Positions 1-9,403 are shown, numbered from the stretch's first letter. The stretch: DNA of 41,915 nucleotides from Deltaproteobacteria bacterium (GCA_016875315.1 VGRQ01000002.1:1-41915); one strand, 5' to 3'. Notes: generated by a model not told the origin, from the sequence alone. Program-made: numbers and translations.

Positions 1-63
1 CGGCATCGTGGGCCGCATGCGCGCGCCCGCCCACCAGCCCCGCCACGCCGCGCCGGAGGGCAC

Positions 64-1548
64 GTGAGCGTACGACAGGTGATCCCCTTCCCGGGCGCGC
101 CCGCCGACCCGGTGTCCTACATGGCCGGCCTGCGGCTCTCGGGCCGACCCGCGCTGGTGGTGGGCGGCGGTGCCGTGGCCACCCAGCGCGCCCGTGCGCT
201 CCTCGCCTCGGGCGCGGTCGTCACCGTGGTGGCCCCGCGGATCGGCGCCGAGCTGCTGGCCCGTTGGGCCGCGGGCGAGATCGTCCACCACGCGCGCCTG
301 TTTGCCCCCGCCGATCTGCATGGCATGGCCGTGGTCCTCGTCGCCATCGACGACCGCGTGGTGAGCGCGGCCATCGCCCGCTACGCCCGCCAGCGCGGCA
401 CCTGGGTGAACGTGGCCGACCGTCCCGAGCTGTGCGATTTCTACCTCCCCGCCATCCACCGCGCCGGCCCGGTGCAAGTGGCCGTCTCCGCCGACGGCGC
501 GGGCCCCGGTCTCGCCGCGCGCCTCCGCGACGAGATCCGCGACGCCCTCCCCGCCGATCTCCCCGCCGCCGTCGAGAACTTCGCCGCCCTGCGCCAGCAA
601 GTCCGGTCCGAGGAACCCGACCCGGCGATCCGCATGGCGAGGCTCGCGAAGATCGCCCGCGAGACGCCGTGGTCCACCCTTAGCGCAGGCCTCCCGCCCG
701 CACCCCTCCCCCGCGAGCGGGGGAGGGTGGCCAACGGCCGGGAGGGGGCCGGAGACTCCCCCCAAGCTCCCCTCCCCCGCGAGCGGGGGAGGGTGGCCAA
801 CGGCCGGGAGGGGGCCGAGGATCACCCCCCCGTCCTCCTCGCCAGCGCCGGTCCCGGCAACCCCCGCCTCCTCACCCTTGCCGCCCGCGACGCCCTCGCC
901 GCCGCCGACCTCGTCGTGGCCGACCGCCTCGTCCCCGCCGCGATCCTCGCCCTCGCCGGCGGCCGCGTCGTCCTCGCCGACGACAAGCACGACCCCGCCA
1001 CGGTGCCCAGCGTGCAGTCCCGCATCTACACGCTGCTCCGCGAGGCCCACGCCCGCGGGGAGCGTTGCGTGCGGCTCTGCGCGGGCGACGTGGCCATCTT
1101 CGGCCGGCTCCACGAGACGGTCGAGGCCCTGTCCCCGGTGCCGGTCGAGGTCATCCCCGGCGTGTCGGCCCTCACCGCGCCCGGCTTCCCCCTCACGGCG
1201 CGCGGCGTGGCCGACCGTTTCACCGTGGTGAGCGCCCGCGGCGCCGGGGGCTCGCCCGTGTCGCTGCCGCCCCACGATCCGCGGCAGACGCTGGTCATCT
1301 TCATGGGCGCGGGGAGCCTGCCCGCCCTGTCCAGCGCCCTGTTGTCCTTGTGCTACCCTCCCGGCGCCGCCGCGCTCGTCGTCAGCCAGGCCACCCGCCC
1401 CGGCGAGTCGCGACAGGTCGCGACGGTAGCCACGCTCGGCGATCTCGACGCCGAGGCCCCGGCGGTGATCTACGTGGGGGGAACGGCGGCGCTAGCGGGC
1501 GAGCGCGAGCAGCTTGGCGGGCGAGAACGGCAGGTCGAAGGGGGGTAG
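64..1548 (+). CDS. cysG: Siroheme synthase (precorrin-2 dehydrogenase/ferrochelatase N-domain plus uroporphyrinogen-III C-methyltransferase C-domain) with a 44-aa repeat insertion in the linker
   Basis: N-terminal Rossmann motif LVVGGGAVATQRARALLASGAVVTVVAP. C-terminal SUMT-type motifs LASAGPGNPRLLTLAARDAL, ADLVVADRLV, VRLCAGD and VIPGVSA. High GC3 in this frame. The 3' end overlaps the convergent Uma2 gene by 57 nt. Confidence 0.85.
   Translation: MSVRQVIPFPGAPADPVSYMAGLRLSGRPALVVGGGAVATQRARALLASGAVVTVVAPRIGAELLARWAAGEIVHHARLFAPADLHGMAVVLVAIDDRVVSAAIARYARQRGTWVNVADRPELCDFYLPAIHRAGPVQVAVSADGAGPGLAARLRDEIRDALPADLPAAVENFAALRQQVRSEEPDPAIRMARLAKIARETPWSTLSAGLPPAPLPRERGRVANGREGAGDSPQAPLPRERGRVANGREGAEDHPPVLLASAGPGNPRLLTLAARDALAAADLVVADRLVPAAILALAGGRVVLADDKHDPATVPSVQSRIYTLLREAHARGERCVRLCAGDVAIFGRLHETVEALSPVPVEVIPGVSALTAPGFPLTARGVADRFTVVSARGAGGSPVSLPPHDPRQTLVIFMGAGSLPALSSALLSLCYPPGAAALVVSQATRPGESRQVATVATLGDLDAEAPAVIYVGGTAALAGEREQLGGRERQVEGG
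700..831. repeat. Two tandem 66-bp units, each carrying a 10-bp-stem GC hairpin (CCCTCCCCCG-cgag-CGGGGGAGGG); REP-like element lying in frame inside cysG
   Basis: Direct reading: cccctcccccgcgagcgggggagggtggccaacggccgggagggggcc occurs at about 703-751 and again at about 769-818. It translates as APLPRERGRVANGREGA(G/E)D twice. Confidence 0.9.
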
Positions 1549-2064
1549 GGCCACTTCCGCGTCGCCGACCGCCGCAGCCACGAGCGCCGGGAGCCCGTCC
1601 CGTGCTTCCCAGACCTCGATGCTCACTGCCTCCACGTCGAACACCCACGTGTGAGCCACGCCCACGGCAGCGTAGGTCGGGAGCTTGATGGCGCGGTCAG
1701 GCTTCTGGATGTCGCGCGACAGCACCTCGCACGCCCAGTCCGGCACGCGAGGCACGGGGTTCTCGTCGAGGAAATCGAGGGGAGCCCCGCCCACGCGCCA
1801 CCCGACCAGCGTCGGCACGTACAACTTGTCGCCCGGGAGCCGGACCTCGATCTCTCGCCCGAGCCACCAGTTGCCGCCCTCGTCGATGCTGAAGGCATCG
1901 AGGCGCCGGAGGACACGCATCGCCGCGTGCGACGCCCGCGAGCCGGGGCGGCCCACCGGGCGCATCCACCCGGGTCCCAGGATCTCGCCGTGCCGCCCCT
2001 CGGGCAACGCCGCGATCTGGGCGTACAACTCGTCGTAGGTCAACAGGCGCTGGGCAGCTCCCAT
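1492..2064 (-). CDS. Uma2-family (DUF820) putative endonuclease
   Basis: Motif PDWACEVLSRDIQKPDRAIKLPTYAAVGVAHTWVFD matches the PD-(D/E)xK Uma2 signature. I prefer the internal ATG at 2064 (MGAAQRLLTYDELY) over the ORF-track start at 2115. Confidence 0.75.
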   Translation of the reverse strand: MGAAQRLLTYDELYAQIAALPEGRHGEILGPGWMRPVGRPGSRASHAAMRVLRRLDAFSIDEGGNWWLGREIEVRLPGDKLYVPTLVGWRVGGAPLDFLDENPVPRVPDWACEVLSRDIQKPDRAIKLPTYAAVGVAHTWVFDVEAVSIEVWEARDGLPALVAAAVGDAEVALPPFDLPFSPAKLLALAR

Positions 2065-2115
2065 GCCCACAGTGTACCCCTGTCGTCCCCTGCCGGTCGA
2101 CCGCAAACACCGCAC

Positions 2116-2142
2116 TCAAGTCCCGCCCGCCCTGACCGATAG
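2116..2142 (+). promoter_or_regulatory. Sigma-28 (FliA)-type promoter-like motif TCAAGTCC-N11-ACCGATAG ending 7 nt before the ATG at 2150
   Basis: It has the 8+11+8 geometry of the enterobacterial consensus TAAAGTTT-N11-GCCGATAA (5/8 and 6/8 matches). The same two 8-mers (TCAAGTCC, ACCGATAG), though not the spacer, recur upstream of fliA at 31584-31610. Confidence 0.45.
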
Positions 2143-2149
2143 CCCCCCC

Positions 2150-3580
2150 ATGGCGCTCGCCATTCTCGCCTCGCTCGCCCTCGCCGAGTCCTCGGCCACC
2201 TCCTTCGCCACCGACGCGGGCGACTGGGAGGGCGGGAGCCTCGGCGACGGGGTGCTCGTCGTGACCGAGAGCACCACGCTCGCCCTCGACCAGATGGCCA
2301 GCTTCACGCTCACCGCGCGGGTGCGCCTCGCCGACGGCGACGGCTTCTCGCTCCTGGCGGGCGAGTCGGTCTTCGACGCCGACTACACCGGCGCCGAGCG
2401 CCTCTCCCTCGACAGCGACACCGCCCCCTTCCCCGCCTCGGAGCTCGACTTCGACGCCGAGAGCACGGTGGCCGACAACCTCGCCGACCCCGACCTCGCA
2501 CGCCTCGGCGACGAGCTCTTGCTCTGTGGCACCCGCGACGGCGGCCTCGTGCTCTCGCGCGACCCGGGCGCCGACTTCGACGACTTCGCCTCGATCGTCG
2601 CCAACGCCGCCGAGCCCGACCTGCTCGTGGGCACCGAGTTGCACGTGTACTTCAGCCGCGACGGGGCGATTCACCGCGCCACCTCGGCCGACGGCGAGAG
2701 CTTCAGCGAGGACGGCGAGGTGCTGGCCCCCGGGGCGGACTTCGACTCCACCGGACTCGGCTCGCCCAGTGTCGTGATCGACGACGCGGGCACTTACCAC
2801 CTGTACTACAGCGTCCCCGCCACCGGCGCCTCCGGCTACGCCACCAGCGCCGACGGCCTCGCCTTCACCCGGATGGGCGAGCTGAGCGCCGGGAGCGACC
2901 GCCTCTGGCTGGCCGATGTCAGCTACGACAACGGCACCTTCTCGGCGCTCTACTCGATGGGCGACAGCCTCGGCCTCGCACTCGGCGGCACCGATCCCAC
3001 GCTGGCCGACGACGACACCGACATTCGCCCGCTGGTCGAGGCCGACCAGGCCTCGTGGGCCGACGATGGTTTCGGCGCCCCCACGCTCCTGTTCGACAAC
3101 GACGCCCTCTACACCTACGTGGCCGCCACCGACGAGGGCGAGGCGGTGATCGGCGAGATCGAGGGCGAGCCCGAGCCCGGCACCTGGGTGACACTCGTGC
3201 TCGACTGGGACGGCAGCAACCTTGTTGCGCGGTGGAACGACGTCGAGCTGGCCTCGTCCGCCACCGGCATCGAGTCCTTCACCTTCACCGTCGATGGTTC
3301 GCTCGAGATCGACGAGGTGGAGGTGGAGTACACCACCATTTCTGACACCGGCGTGATCGACACCGGCATCCTGGACACCGAGGACAGTGGTTTGAACGAC
3401 GACACCGGCACCCCCACCGCCCTCGACAGCGCCGACACCGGCGCCGCCTTCCCCGGCTACAACGCCGGCGAGTGGCTCGGCGACCCCGGCGGCTGCGGCT
3501 GCAACAGCACCGCGCCCAGCCCGGCGGTCTTCTCCCTCGGCTGGCTCCTCCTCCTCCGCCGCGTCCGGGGCGGCAAGTGA
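2150..3580 (+). CDS. Secreted acidic protein with beta-propeller/LamG-like regions and a MYXO-CTERM-type C-terminal sorting tail
   Basis: Short signal peptide MALAILASLALAES. Repeated motifs of the type ..G.YHLYYS.. / ..LHVYFSRDG... C-terminus GDPGGCGCNSTAPSPAVFSLGWLLLLRRVRGGK (GCGC, hydrophobic stretch, basic cluster). Confidence 0.75.
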   Translation: MALAILASLALAESSATSFATDAGDWEGGSLGDGVLVVTESTTLALDQMASFTLTARVRLADGDGFSLLAGESVFDADYTGAERLSLDSDTAPFPASELDFDAESTVADNLADPDLARLGDELLLCGTRDGGLVLSRDPGADFDDFASIVANAAEPDLLVGTELHVYFSRDGAIHRATSADGESFSEDGEVLAPGADFDSTGLGSPSVVIDDAGTYHLYYSVPATGASGYATSADGLAFTRMGELSAGSDRLWLADVSYDNGTFSALYSMGDSLGLALGGTDPTLADDDTDIRPLVEADQASWADDGFGAPTLLFDNDALYTYVAATDEGEAVIGEIEGEPEPGTWVTLVLDWDGSNLVARWNDVELASSATGIESFTFTVDGSLEIDEVEVEYTTISDTGVIDTGILDTEDSGLNDDTGTPTALDSADTGAAFPGYNAGEWLGDPGGCGCNSTAPSPAVFSLGWLLLLRRVRGGK

Positions 3581-3611
3581 GCGTCCGTCCCATCCCTCCG
3601 CCCTGGCCGCC

Positions 3612-6600
3612 ATGCTAATCTTCCTCGCCACGCGCTCGCTCGCCGCCACCCTGGAAGTGGGCACCGATTTCGCCACGATCCAGGACGCGATCGACGCCGC
3701 CGCCGACGGCGACACCATCCACGTGCCCGCCGGCACCTGGCCCGAGGCCATCGACATCACCGGCAAGTCGATCACCGTGCTCGGCGACGGCGCCGGGGTC
3801 ACCATCCTCTCCCCGGGCACTGGCGACGACGTCGTCACCATGTCGTCGTTGCGCGCCGCCACGCTCGCCGACCTCACGATCGCGCCCGCGGGCGGACGCG
3901 GGGTCGCGGTCACCGACGGGCAGCTCGCGCTCGAGTCGGTCGTCATCGACGGGGCTGGCAGCGCCAGCACCCGCGGCGGCGCCCTCTACGTCGACGGGGG
4001 CGATCTCTCGCTCAGCGACGTGATCGTCACCGGCTCGACCGCCGCCTACGGCGCGCACCTCTACGCCACCGGCGGCGCCACGGTCTCGGCCCAGAGCCTC
4101 GACCTCACCGCCGGCACCGCTGCCTACGGCGGCGCCATCTACGCCGACGACGGCTCCACCCTCGAGCTGGTCGACGTGGTGGCCTCGGCCCCCTACGCCA
4201 GCGCCCACGGCGGCTTCGCCTACCTCGACGGCGCCGACCTCGTGGCCACCGACCTCGTCGTCGACGCGCCGAGTGGCAAGAACAGCTACGGCGCCGGCTT
4301 CTACCTGTCCGGTCACGCCAGCGCCGACATCCAGAGCGCCACCATCTCCGACGCGAGCATCGCCAGCGCCGCGTCGGGCTACAGCGGCGGCGCCTTCTAC
4401 GTCCGCGATGGCTCCAGCCTCGCGCTCTCCGAGTCTACCCTCCGCGACAACGCCGCCTACCAGGGCGGCGCCATCGCGCTCTGGGAGGCGTCGTCGGCCA
4501 CGCTCGCGTCGGTGCGCTTCGACACCAACAGCGCCAGCGCCGAGGGCGGCGCCATCTACGCGGCCGACGGCTCCACCGTCGACATGGAGAACTGCGCCTT
4601 CGACCAGAACAGCGGCAGCGACGGCGGCGCGGTGTACCTCGGCGACAGCACCACGCTGCTCGACGCCGACGGCAGCTACACCGACAACGACGCCAGCCAG
4701 AGCGGCGGCGCGCTCTTCGTGGATGCGAGCGCCGAGGCGAGCTTCGACGGCAGCGCCTTCAGCTCCAACGCGGCGTCCGACCACGGTGGCGCGATCTACG
4801 CCGACGGCGACCTCGAGATCGAGGAAGCGAGCCTCGGCACCAACCGCGCCCGGCGCGGCCACGGCGGCGCCCTCTACGCCGAGGCCGACACCGAGATCGA
4901 GGCCACCGACTTCAGCGACAACAGCGCCGACCTCGGCAGCGGTGGCGCGATCTACGCCGAGGGCGACCTCGAGGCGAACGACTGTCGTTTTACCGGCAAC
5001 GAGGCCGACGAGGACGGCGGCGCGATCTACGCCGAGGACGGTGCGCTGTCGGTGTGGGAAGGCAGCTTCTTCGACAACCTCGCCGGCGCCTACGGCGGCG
5101 CCATCGCCGCCAGCGAGCCGGGCGACGTGACCCTCGCCCGGTCGTACCTGCACGGCAACGCGGCGAAGGACGGCGGCGCCATCGCGCTCCGCGAGGTCGA
5201 TACCGCCGCCACCCTGTCCAACCTGCGCGTGACCGACAACGTGGCCTCGGGCAATGGCGGCGGCCTCTACCTCGATGGCACGACAGAGCTGGAGATCCTC
5301 AACAACACTCTGGCCGGCAACGACGCCAGCCGCGACGGGGGCCACCTCTACACCACCGGCCCGCTGTCGCTGGTCAACAACATCTTCTACCGGGCGGTCG
5401 ACGGCGGCGGCGCCTACGGCACCAGCGCCTCCACCGACCGCTACTACAACCTCGCCTACGACAACGCGGGCGGCGACTGGTTGGGCTGGGACGACCCCAC
5501 CGGCACCAGCGGCAACCTCAGCACCGACCCGATGCTCGTGGCCTACACCGCAGACGGTTCCCGGGCCGACGACGACCTCTTCCTCGCCGAGGGATCTCCC
5601 TGCATCGACGCCGGTCACCCCTCGATCTTCGACCTCGATGGCACGGTGTCCGACATCGGCGCCTTCGGCGGGCCCGACGCCGACGTGGCCGACGACGACG
5701 GCGACGGCTTCTACGACAACGTGGACTGCGACGACGGCGACCCCGCGATCAACCCCTCGGAGTCCGACATCCCCTACGACGGCCTCGACAACGACTGCGA
5801 CGGCGCCGACCTCGTCGACGTCGACGGCGACGGCTACGCGGCGAGCATCAGCGGCGGCGAGGACTGCGACGACGACGACCCGGCGGTGAAGCCCGGCGCC
5901 ATCGAGACCTACTACGACGGCATCGACCAGGACTGCGACGGCGGCTCCGACTACGACAAGGACGGCGACCACCACGACGCCGACTTCATCGACGGCGGCG
6001 ACGACTGCGACGACGAGGACAACACCGTCCACGGCGCCGCCCAGGAACGCTGGTACGACGGCATCGACCAGGACTGCGACGACCGCGACGACTTCGACCG
6101 CGACAAGGACGGCTACACCTCCGCTGACTACGGCGGCGACGACTGCGACGACTTCAACGCCGACCGTTACCCCGGCCACACCGAGTGGCCCTACGACGGC
6201 ATCGACCAGGACTGCGACAACAACGACCTGGTCGACGTGGACGGCGACGGCTGGATTGCCGAGGAGGCCGGAGGCACCGACTGTAACGACGCCCAGTCCA
6301 CGGTGTACCCCGGCGCCGAGGAAGACCCGGTGGACGGCTTCGACACCGACTGCGACGGCTACTCCGAGTGGGACCGCGACGGCGACGGCTACGACGCCAC
6401 CGACTACGGCGGCGGCGACTGCGACGACTTCGACGCCGCGATCAACCCCGGCGTGTCCGAGGCCTGGTACGACGGCATCGACCAGGACTGCGACGGCCGC
6501 GACGACGACCAGGACGGCGACGGCTACCCGCTGGCGCAGGACTGCGACGACGAAGACCCGGGAACGAACCCCGGCGCCATGGAGAAGATCGACGGCCAGG

Positions 6601-7073
6601 ACAACGACTGCGACGGGTGGATCGAGACCGACGACCGCGACGGCGACGGCCTCGTCGACCTGATGGAGTGGATCCTCGGCTCCGACCCGGAAGACCCCGA
6701 CACCGACGGCGACACGATGAGCGACGGCGACGAGATCGCCGAGGGTCCCGACCGCGACGGCGACTACATCCTCGACTGCCTCGACACCGACGACGACAAC
6801 GACGGCATCGCCAGCGCCACCGAGATGAAGGCCGACCTCGACGGCGACGGGGTGTACGACACCGACGTCGACGGCGACGGCCAGCAGAACGCCCACGACA
6901 CTGACGCCGACGACGACGGCTATCTCGACCGCGACGAGGGCCAGGACGACTCCGACTACGACGGCAAGCCCGACTTCCTCGACTACCAGGGCGACTACGC
7001 GGGCGGCGGCTGCGGCCAGGGCTGGGCCGCGCTGCTGCTGCTTGCACCGCTCGCGCGGAGGGCGCGCCGGTGA
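3612..7073 (+). CDS. Large surface protein: parallel beta-helix / Pmp-type GGAIYA repeats, MopE-type Cys-rich repeats, thrombospondin-type-3 repeats and a MYXO-CTERM tail
   Basis: The N-terminal half has many GGA(I/L/V)Y(A/V) ... F..N repeats. The middle has about 8 repeats of the CDD.D..(I/V)(N/K)PGA.E..YDGIDQDCDG type, followed by D.D.DG..D..D TSP3-like repeats. The C-terminus is GGGCGQGWAALLLLAPLARRARR. Confidence 0.85.
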   Translation: MLIFLATRSLAATLEVGTDFATIQDAIDAAADGDTIHVPAGTWPEAIDITGKSITVLGDGAGVTILSPGTGDDVVTMSSLRAATLADLTIAPAGGRGVAVTDGQLALESVVIDGAGSASTRGGALYVDGGDLSLSDVIVTGSTAAYGAHLYATGGATVSAQSLDLTAGTAAYGGAIYADDGSTLELVDVVASAPYASAHGGFAYLDGADLVATDLVVDAPSGKNSYGAGFYLSGHASADIQSATISDASIASAASGYSGGAFYVRDGSSLALSESTLRDNAAYQGGAIALWEASSATLASVRFDTNSASAEGGAIYAADGSTVDMENCAFDQNSGSDGGAVYLGDSTTLLDADGSYTDNDASQSGGALFVDASAEASFDGSAFSSNAASDHGGAIYADGDLEIEEASLGTNRARRGHGGALYAEADTEIEATDFSDNSADLGSGGAIYAEGDLEANDCRFTGNEADEDGGAIYAEDGALSVWEGSFFDNLAGAYGGAIAASEPGDVTLARSYLHGNAAKDGGAIALREVDTAATLSNLRVTDNVASGNGGGLYLDGTTELEILNNTLAGNDASRDGGHLYTTGPLSLVNNIFYRAVDGGGAYGTSASTDRYYNLAYDNAGGDWLGWDDPTGTSGNLSTDPMLVAYTADGSRADDDLFLAEGSPCIDAGHPSIFDLDGTVSDIGAFGGPDADVADDDGDGFYDNVDCDDGDPAINPSESDIPYDGLDNDCDGADLVDVDGDGYAASISGGEDCDDDDPAVKPGAIETYYDGIDQDCDGGSDYDKDGDHHDADFIDGGDDCDDEDNTVHGAAQERWYDGIDQDCDDRDDFDRDKDGYTSADYGGDDCDDFNADRYPGHTEWPYDGIDQDCDNNDLVDVDGDGWIAEEAGGTDCNDAQSTVYPGAEEDPVDGFDTDCDGYSEWDRDGDGYDATDYGGGDCDDFDAAINPGVSEAWYDGIDQDCDGRDDDQDGDGYPLAQDCDDEDPGTNPGAMEKIDGQDNDCDGWIETDDRDGDGLVDLMEWILGSDPEDPDTDGDTMSDGDEIAEGPDRDGDYILDCLDTDDDNDGIASATEMKADLDGDGVYDTDVDGDGQQNAHDTDADDDGYLDRDEGQDDSDYDGKPDFLDYQGDYAGGGCGQGWAALLLLAPLARRARR

Positions 7074-8530
7074 TCCTCCTCGCCACCCTCGCCCACGCCC
7101 TCGACGCCCACGGTTTCGAGCTCTTCGGCACCACCGGCGACCCCGCCGCCTTCTCGCGCCTCGGCACCGCCTTCGCCGGCCGCAGCGGCTCCTGGGACAC
7201 GCTGATGGCCTTCGACTACGCCGACCGCCCGCTCTCCGAGGTGATGCCCTGGGGACGCGAGCCGGTGTTGTCGTCGCTCGGCACCGTCCAGTTCGCCGGC
7301 GGCTACTCCTTCGGCGGCCTCCGGCTCGACGCCGCCCTGCCCGTCCACGCCTTCGGCGAAGACCTGTCCGGTTCCTTCACGTCACTCGGCGACCTGCGCG
7401 CCGGGGTGCTCGTCCCCGCGCTGCGCGGGAAGGGCTGGATGCCCCAGGTCGCCCTGCAAGGCAACCTCTGGGCCCCCACCGGCGACGAGAGTCACTACGT
7501 GGGCAGCGCCGGGCCGCGCGCCGGGCTCCTCGCCCTGGCCGAGGTGCACCAGGGCAACATCGACATCCTCGGCATGGCCGGCCTCCAGGCCAGCTTCCCC
7601 GAGGAGGCCCGCAACCTCGACACCGGACTCGGGCCACTGGTGGGCCTCGGCGTCGGCTACAGCTGGAACGACGCGATCACCACGCAGGTGGAGTTCAGCT
7701 CCCAGTCCGACGTGGTGTCGGAGAGCTGGCCCCTGGAGGCGATGGTGTCCGGTCGGTACCGCCTGCCCCAGGGGGCCTTCGCCTCAGTCGGCGCGGCGGC
7801 CGGCCTCAACGACGGCGTGGGCGCGGCCTCGTGGCGCGCTTTCCTCTCGGTGGGCTGGACCTACACCCGGCCCGCGCCCCCGGCGCCTCCGCCCGAGATC
7901 GATCCCAACCTGGACACCGACGGCGATGGTTTCCCCGACATCGTCGACCAGTGCGACGACATGCCCGAGACCGTCGACGGCTTCGCCGACGACGACGGCT
8001 GTCCCGAGTTCGACGGCGACCAGGACGGCGTGGAGTTCGCGCGCGACGCCTGCCCGCGCGAGCCCATCCACCCCGAGCAAGACCCGCGCTACTCCGACGG
8101 CTGCCCGAAGGTGGCCGAGTGGGCAGGCGATCGCATCGTCATCACCGAGGCCATCTTCTTCCGCGAGGGCCGCGCCGAGCTGTTGCCCAGCGCCACGCCG
8201 GTGCTGGAGGCGGTGCGCGACGTGATGGTGTCACACCCGGAGATCGCCTACTTCCTCGTGGAAGGGCACACCAACACCAACGGCCCCGACGCCTACAACC
8301 TGCGCCTGTCCGACGCCCGTGCCTACGCGGTGATGGACTGGCTGGTGGGCCACGGCGTGGAGCCGAAGCGCCTCCTCTCGAAGGGTTTCGGCGAGACCCG
8401 CCTGCTCGTCCCGGAAACCGACCCGGACGCCGAGGCCATCAACCGCCGCGTGGAATTCCGCGTGGCGGCGGTGGAAGACCTGCCGGTGGATGCCCGGCAG
8501 GTGGTGGTGCCGGAGGATGTGCGGCGCTGA
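7070..8530 (+). CDS. OmpA-family outer-membrane protein with TSP3-like linker repeats
   Basis: C-terminal OmpA_C motifs: ITEAIFFREGRAELLPSATPVLEAV, FLVEGHTNTNGPDAYNLRLSDARAYAVMDWL, GFGETRLLVPE and NRRVEFRV. The linker reads TDGDGFPDIVDQCDD..DDDGCPE. The GTG start overlaps the upstream stop (GTGA). Confidence 0.85.
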   Translation: MILLATLAHALDAHGFELFGTTGDPAAFSRLGTAFAGRSGSWDTLMAFDYADRPLSEVMPWGREPVLSSLGTVQFAGGYSFGGLRLDAALPVHAFGEDLSGSFTSLGDLRAGVLVPALRGKGWMPQVALQGNLWAPTGDESHYVGSAGPRAGLLALAEVHQGNIDILGMAGLQASFPEEARNLDTGLGPLVGLGVGYSWNDAITTQVEFSSQSDVVSESWPLEAMVSGRYRLPQGAFASVGAAAGLNDGVGAASWRAFLSVGWTYTRPAPPAPPPEIDPNLDTDGDGFPDIVDQCDDMPETVDGFADDDGCPEFDGDQDGVEFARDACPREPIHPEQDPRYSDGCPKVAEWAGDRIVITEAIFFREGRAELLPSATPVLEAVRDVMVSHPEIAYFLVEGHTNTNGPDAYNLRLSDARAYAVMDWLVGHGVEPKRLLSKGFGETRLLVPETDPDAEAINRRVEFRVAAVEDLPVDARQVVVPEDVRR

Positions 8531-8539
8531 CGTGGATGG

Positions 8540-9400
8540 CTATCCTGGCGGCGGCGGCGGCGGCGGGCCGATAGGAGGAGAGCTGCCGCCCGGCGGCGGC
8601 TCACCGGGAGGGGGCGGCGGCGACGGCGGCTCACCCGGCTCCGGTTGGTTCCCGAACGCGGGGGGAGGCGTGGCGCCGGGGGCGTAGAACCCTGGGTCGA
8701 GCGGCGGCTCCGGCTCGCCGTCGATGAACTGCGGGAAGCGGAACTCCAGTTCCGGGGCGTCGGCGTTGAACCAGGTGGAGGGGAGCGGGGGGTTGATTTC
8801 GAGGCGCTGGACGTTCAGCGTTCGCCATCGCTTGGGGGCGTAGAAGTACTGGATGTGGTACAAACGACCGTTGGGCATCATCTCCAGGAACAGGTGACCG
8901 GGGAGCGAGGGGAGGCCCTGCGTCACGGGCGGCACGATCTCGCATTGACGGGGAGAATCGAGGAGCCCCAGGTCGTAGTACTCGGGGTCGCGAGCATTCC
9001 AGCGCAGGTCCGGGCTCCGGAACGCCTGCACGGCGGCCTGCACGGCCTGCACGGACTCGGGCCAGTGGGGCCAGGGGTTGGGTTGCCACCGGGGATCATC
9101 CGCTGATGTGGAGGAGATGCGTCGGGTCGCATCCCGCGTGACACCGCCTGCCGTCCAGGAGAAGCGTACACTCTGCCCCTCCACATCGACGACGACCGCG
9201 CCATCGGCCCGCACCGTGACCACGTAGCGGTCGGTGAAGTGACCACCCGCGTTCACTTCTGGATCGTAGATCCACGCTCGAAGGGTATCAAAGGATCGAA
9301 GCGCCTGCTTCAGTTCCTCCGCGCCGGTCGGGAGAGCGGCCTCGGAGGCCACCACCGTGTCGGCGGTCGTGCACGCCATCGCCATCAGGAGGGTCATCAT
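8540..9400 (-). CDS. Hypothetical lipoprotein with a proline-rich C-terminal tail
   Basis: N-terminus MMTLLMAMAC (lipobox-like). The tail is PPSPPPPPGEPPPGGSSPPIGPPPPPPPG. It starts 3 nt after the stop of the upstream giant gene, so the two are probably co-transcribed. Confidence 0.65.
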   Translation of the reverse strand: MMTLLMAMACTTADTVVASEAALPTGAEELKQALRSFDTLRAWIYDPEVNAGGHFTDRYVVTVRADGAVVVDVEGQSVRFSWTAGGVTRDATRRISSTSADDPRWQPNPWPHWPESVQAVQAAVQAFRSPDLRWNARDPEYYDLGLLDSPRQCEIVPPVTQGLPSLPGHLFLEMMPNGRLYHIQYFYAPKRWRTLNVQRLEINPPLPSTWFNADAPELEFRFPQFIDGEPEPPLDPGFYAPGATPPPAFGNQPEPGEPPSPPPPPGEPPPGGSSPPIGPPPPPPPG

Positions 9401-9403
9401 GGT

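Noticed and set aside
1697-3970. 757-aa minus-strand ORF spanning the Uma2 gene, the MYXO-CTERM gene and the start of the next gene
   Set aside because: It is an antisense shadow ORF. Its composition is dominated by A/G/V/R/E runs with no motifs. The plus-strand frames have the signal peptides, sorting tails and high GC3.
3615-6896. 1093-aa minus-strand ORF opposite the Pmp/MopE protein
   Set aside because: It is a mirror image of a repeat-rich, high-GC gene, with V/A/G/D low complexity and no start context. The plus-strand protein has clear repeat families.
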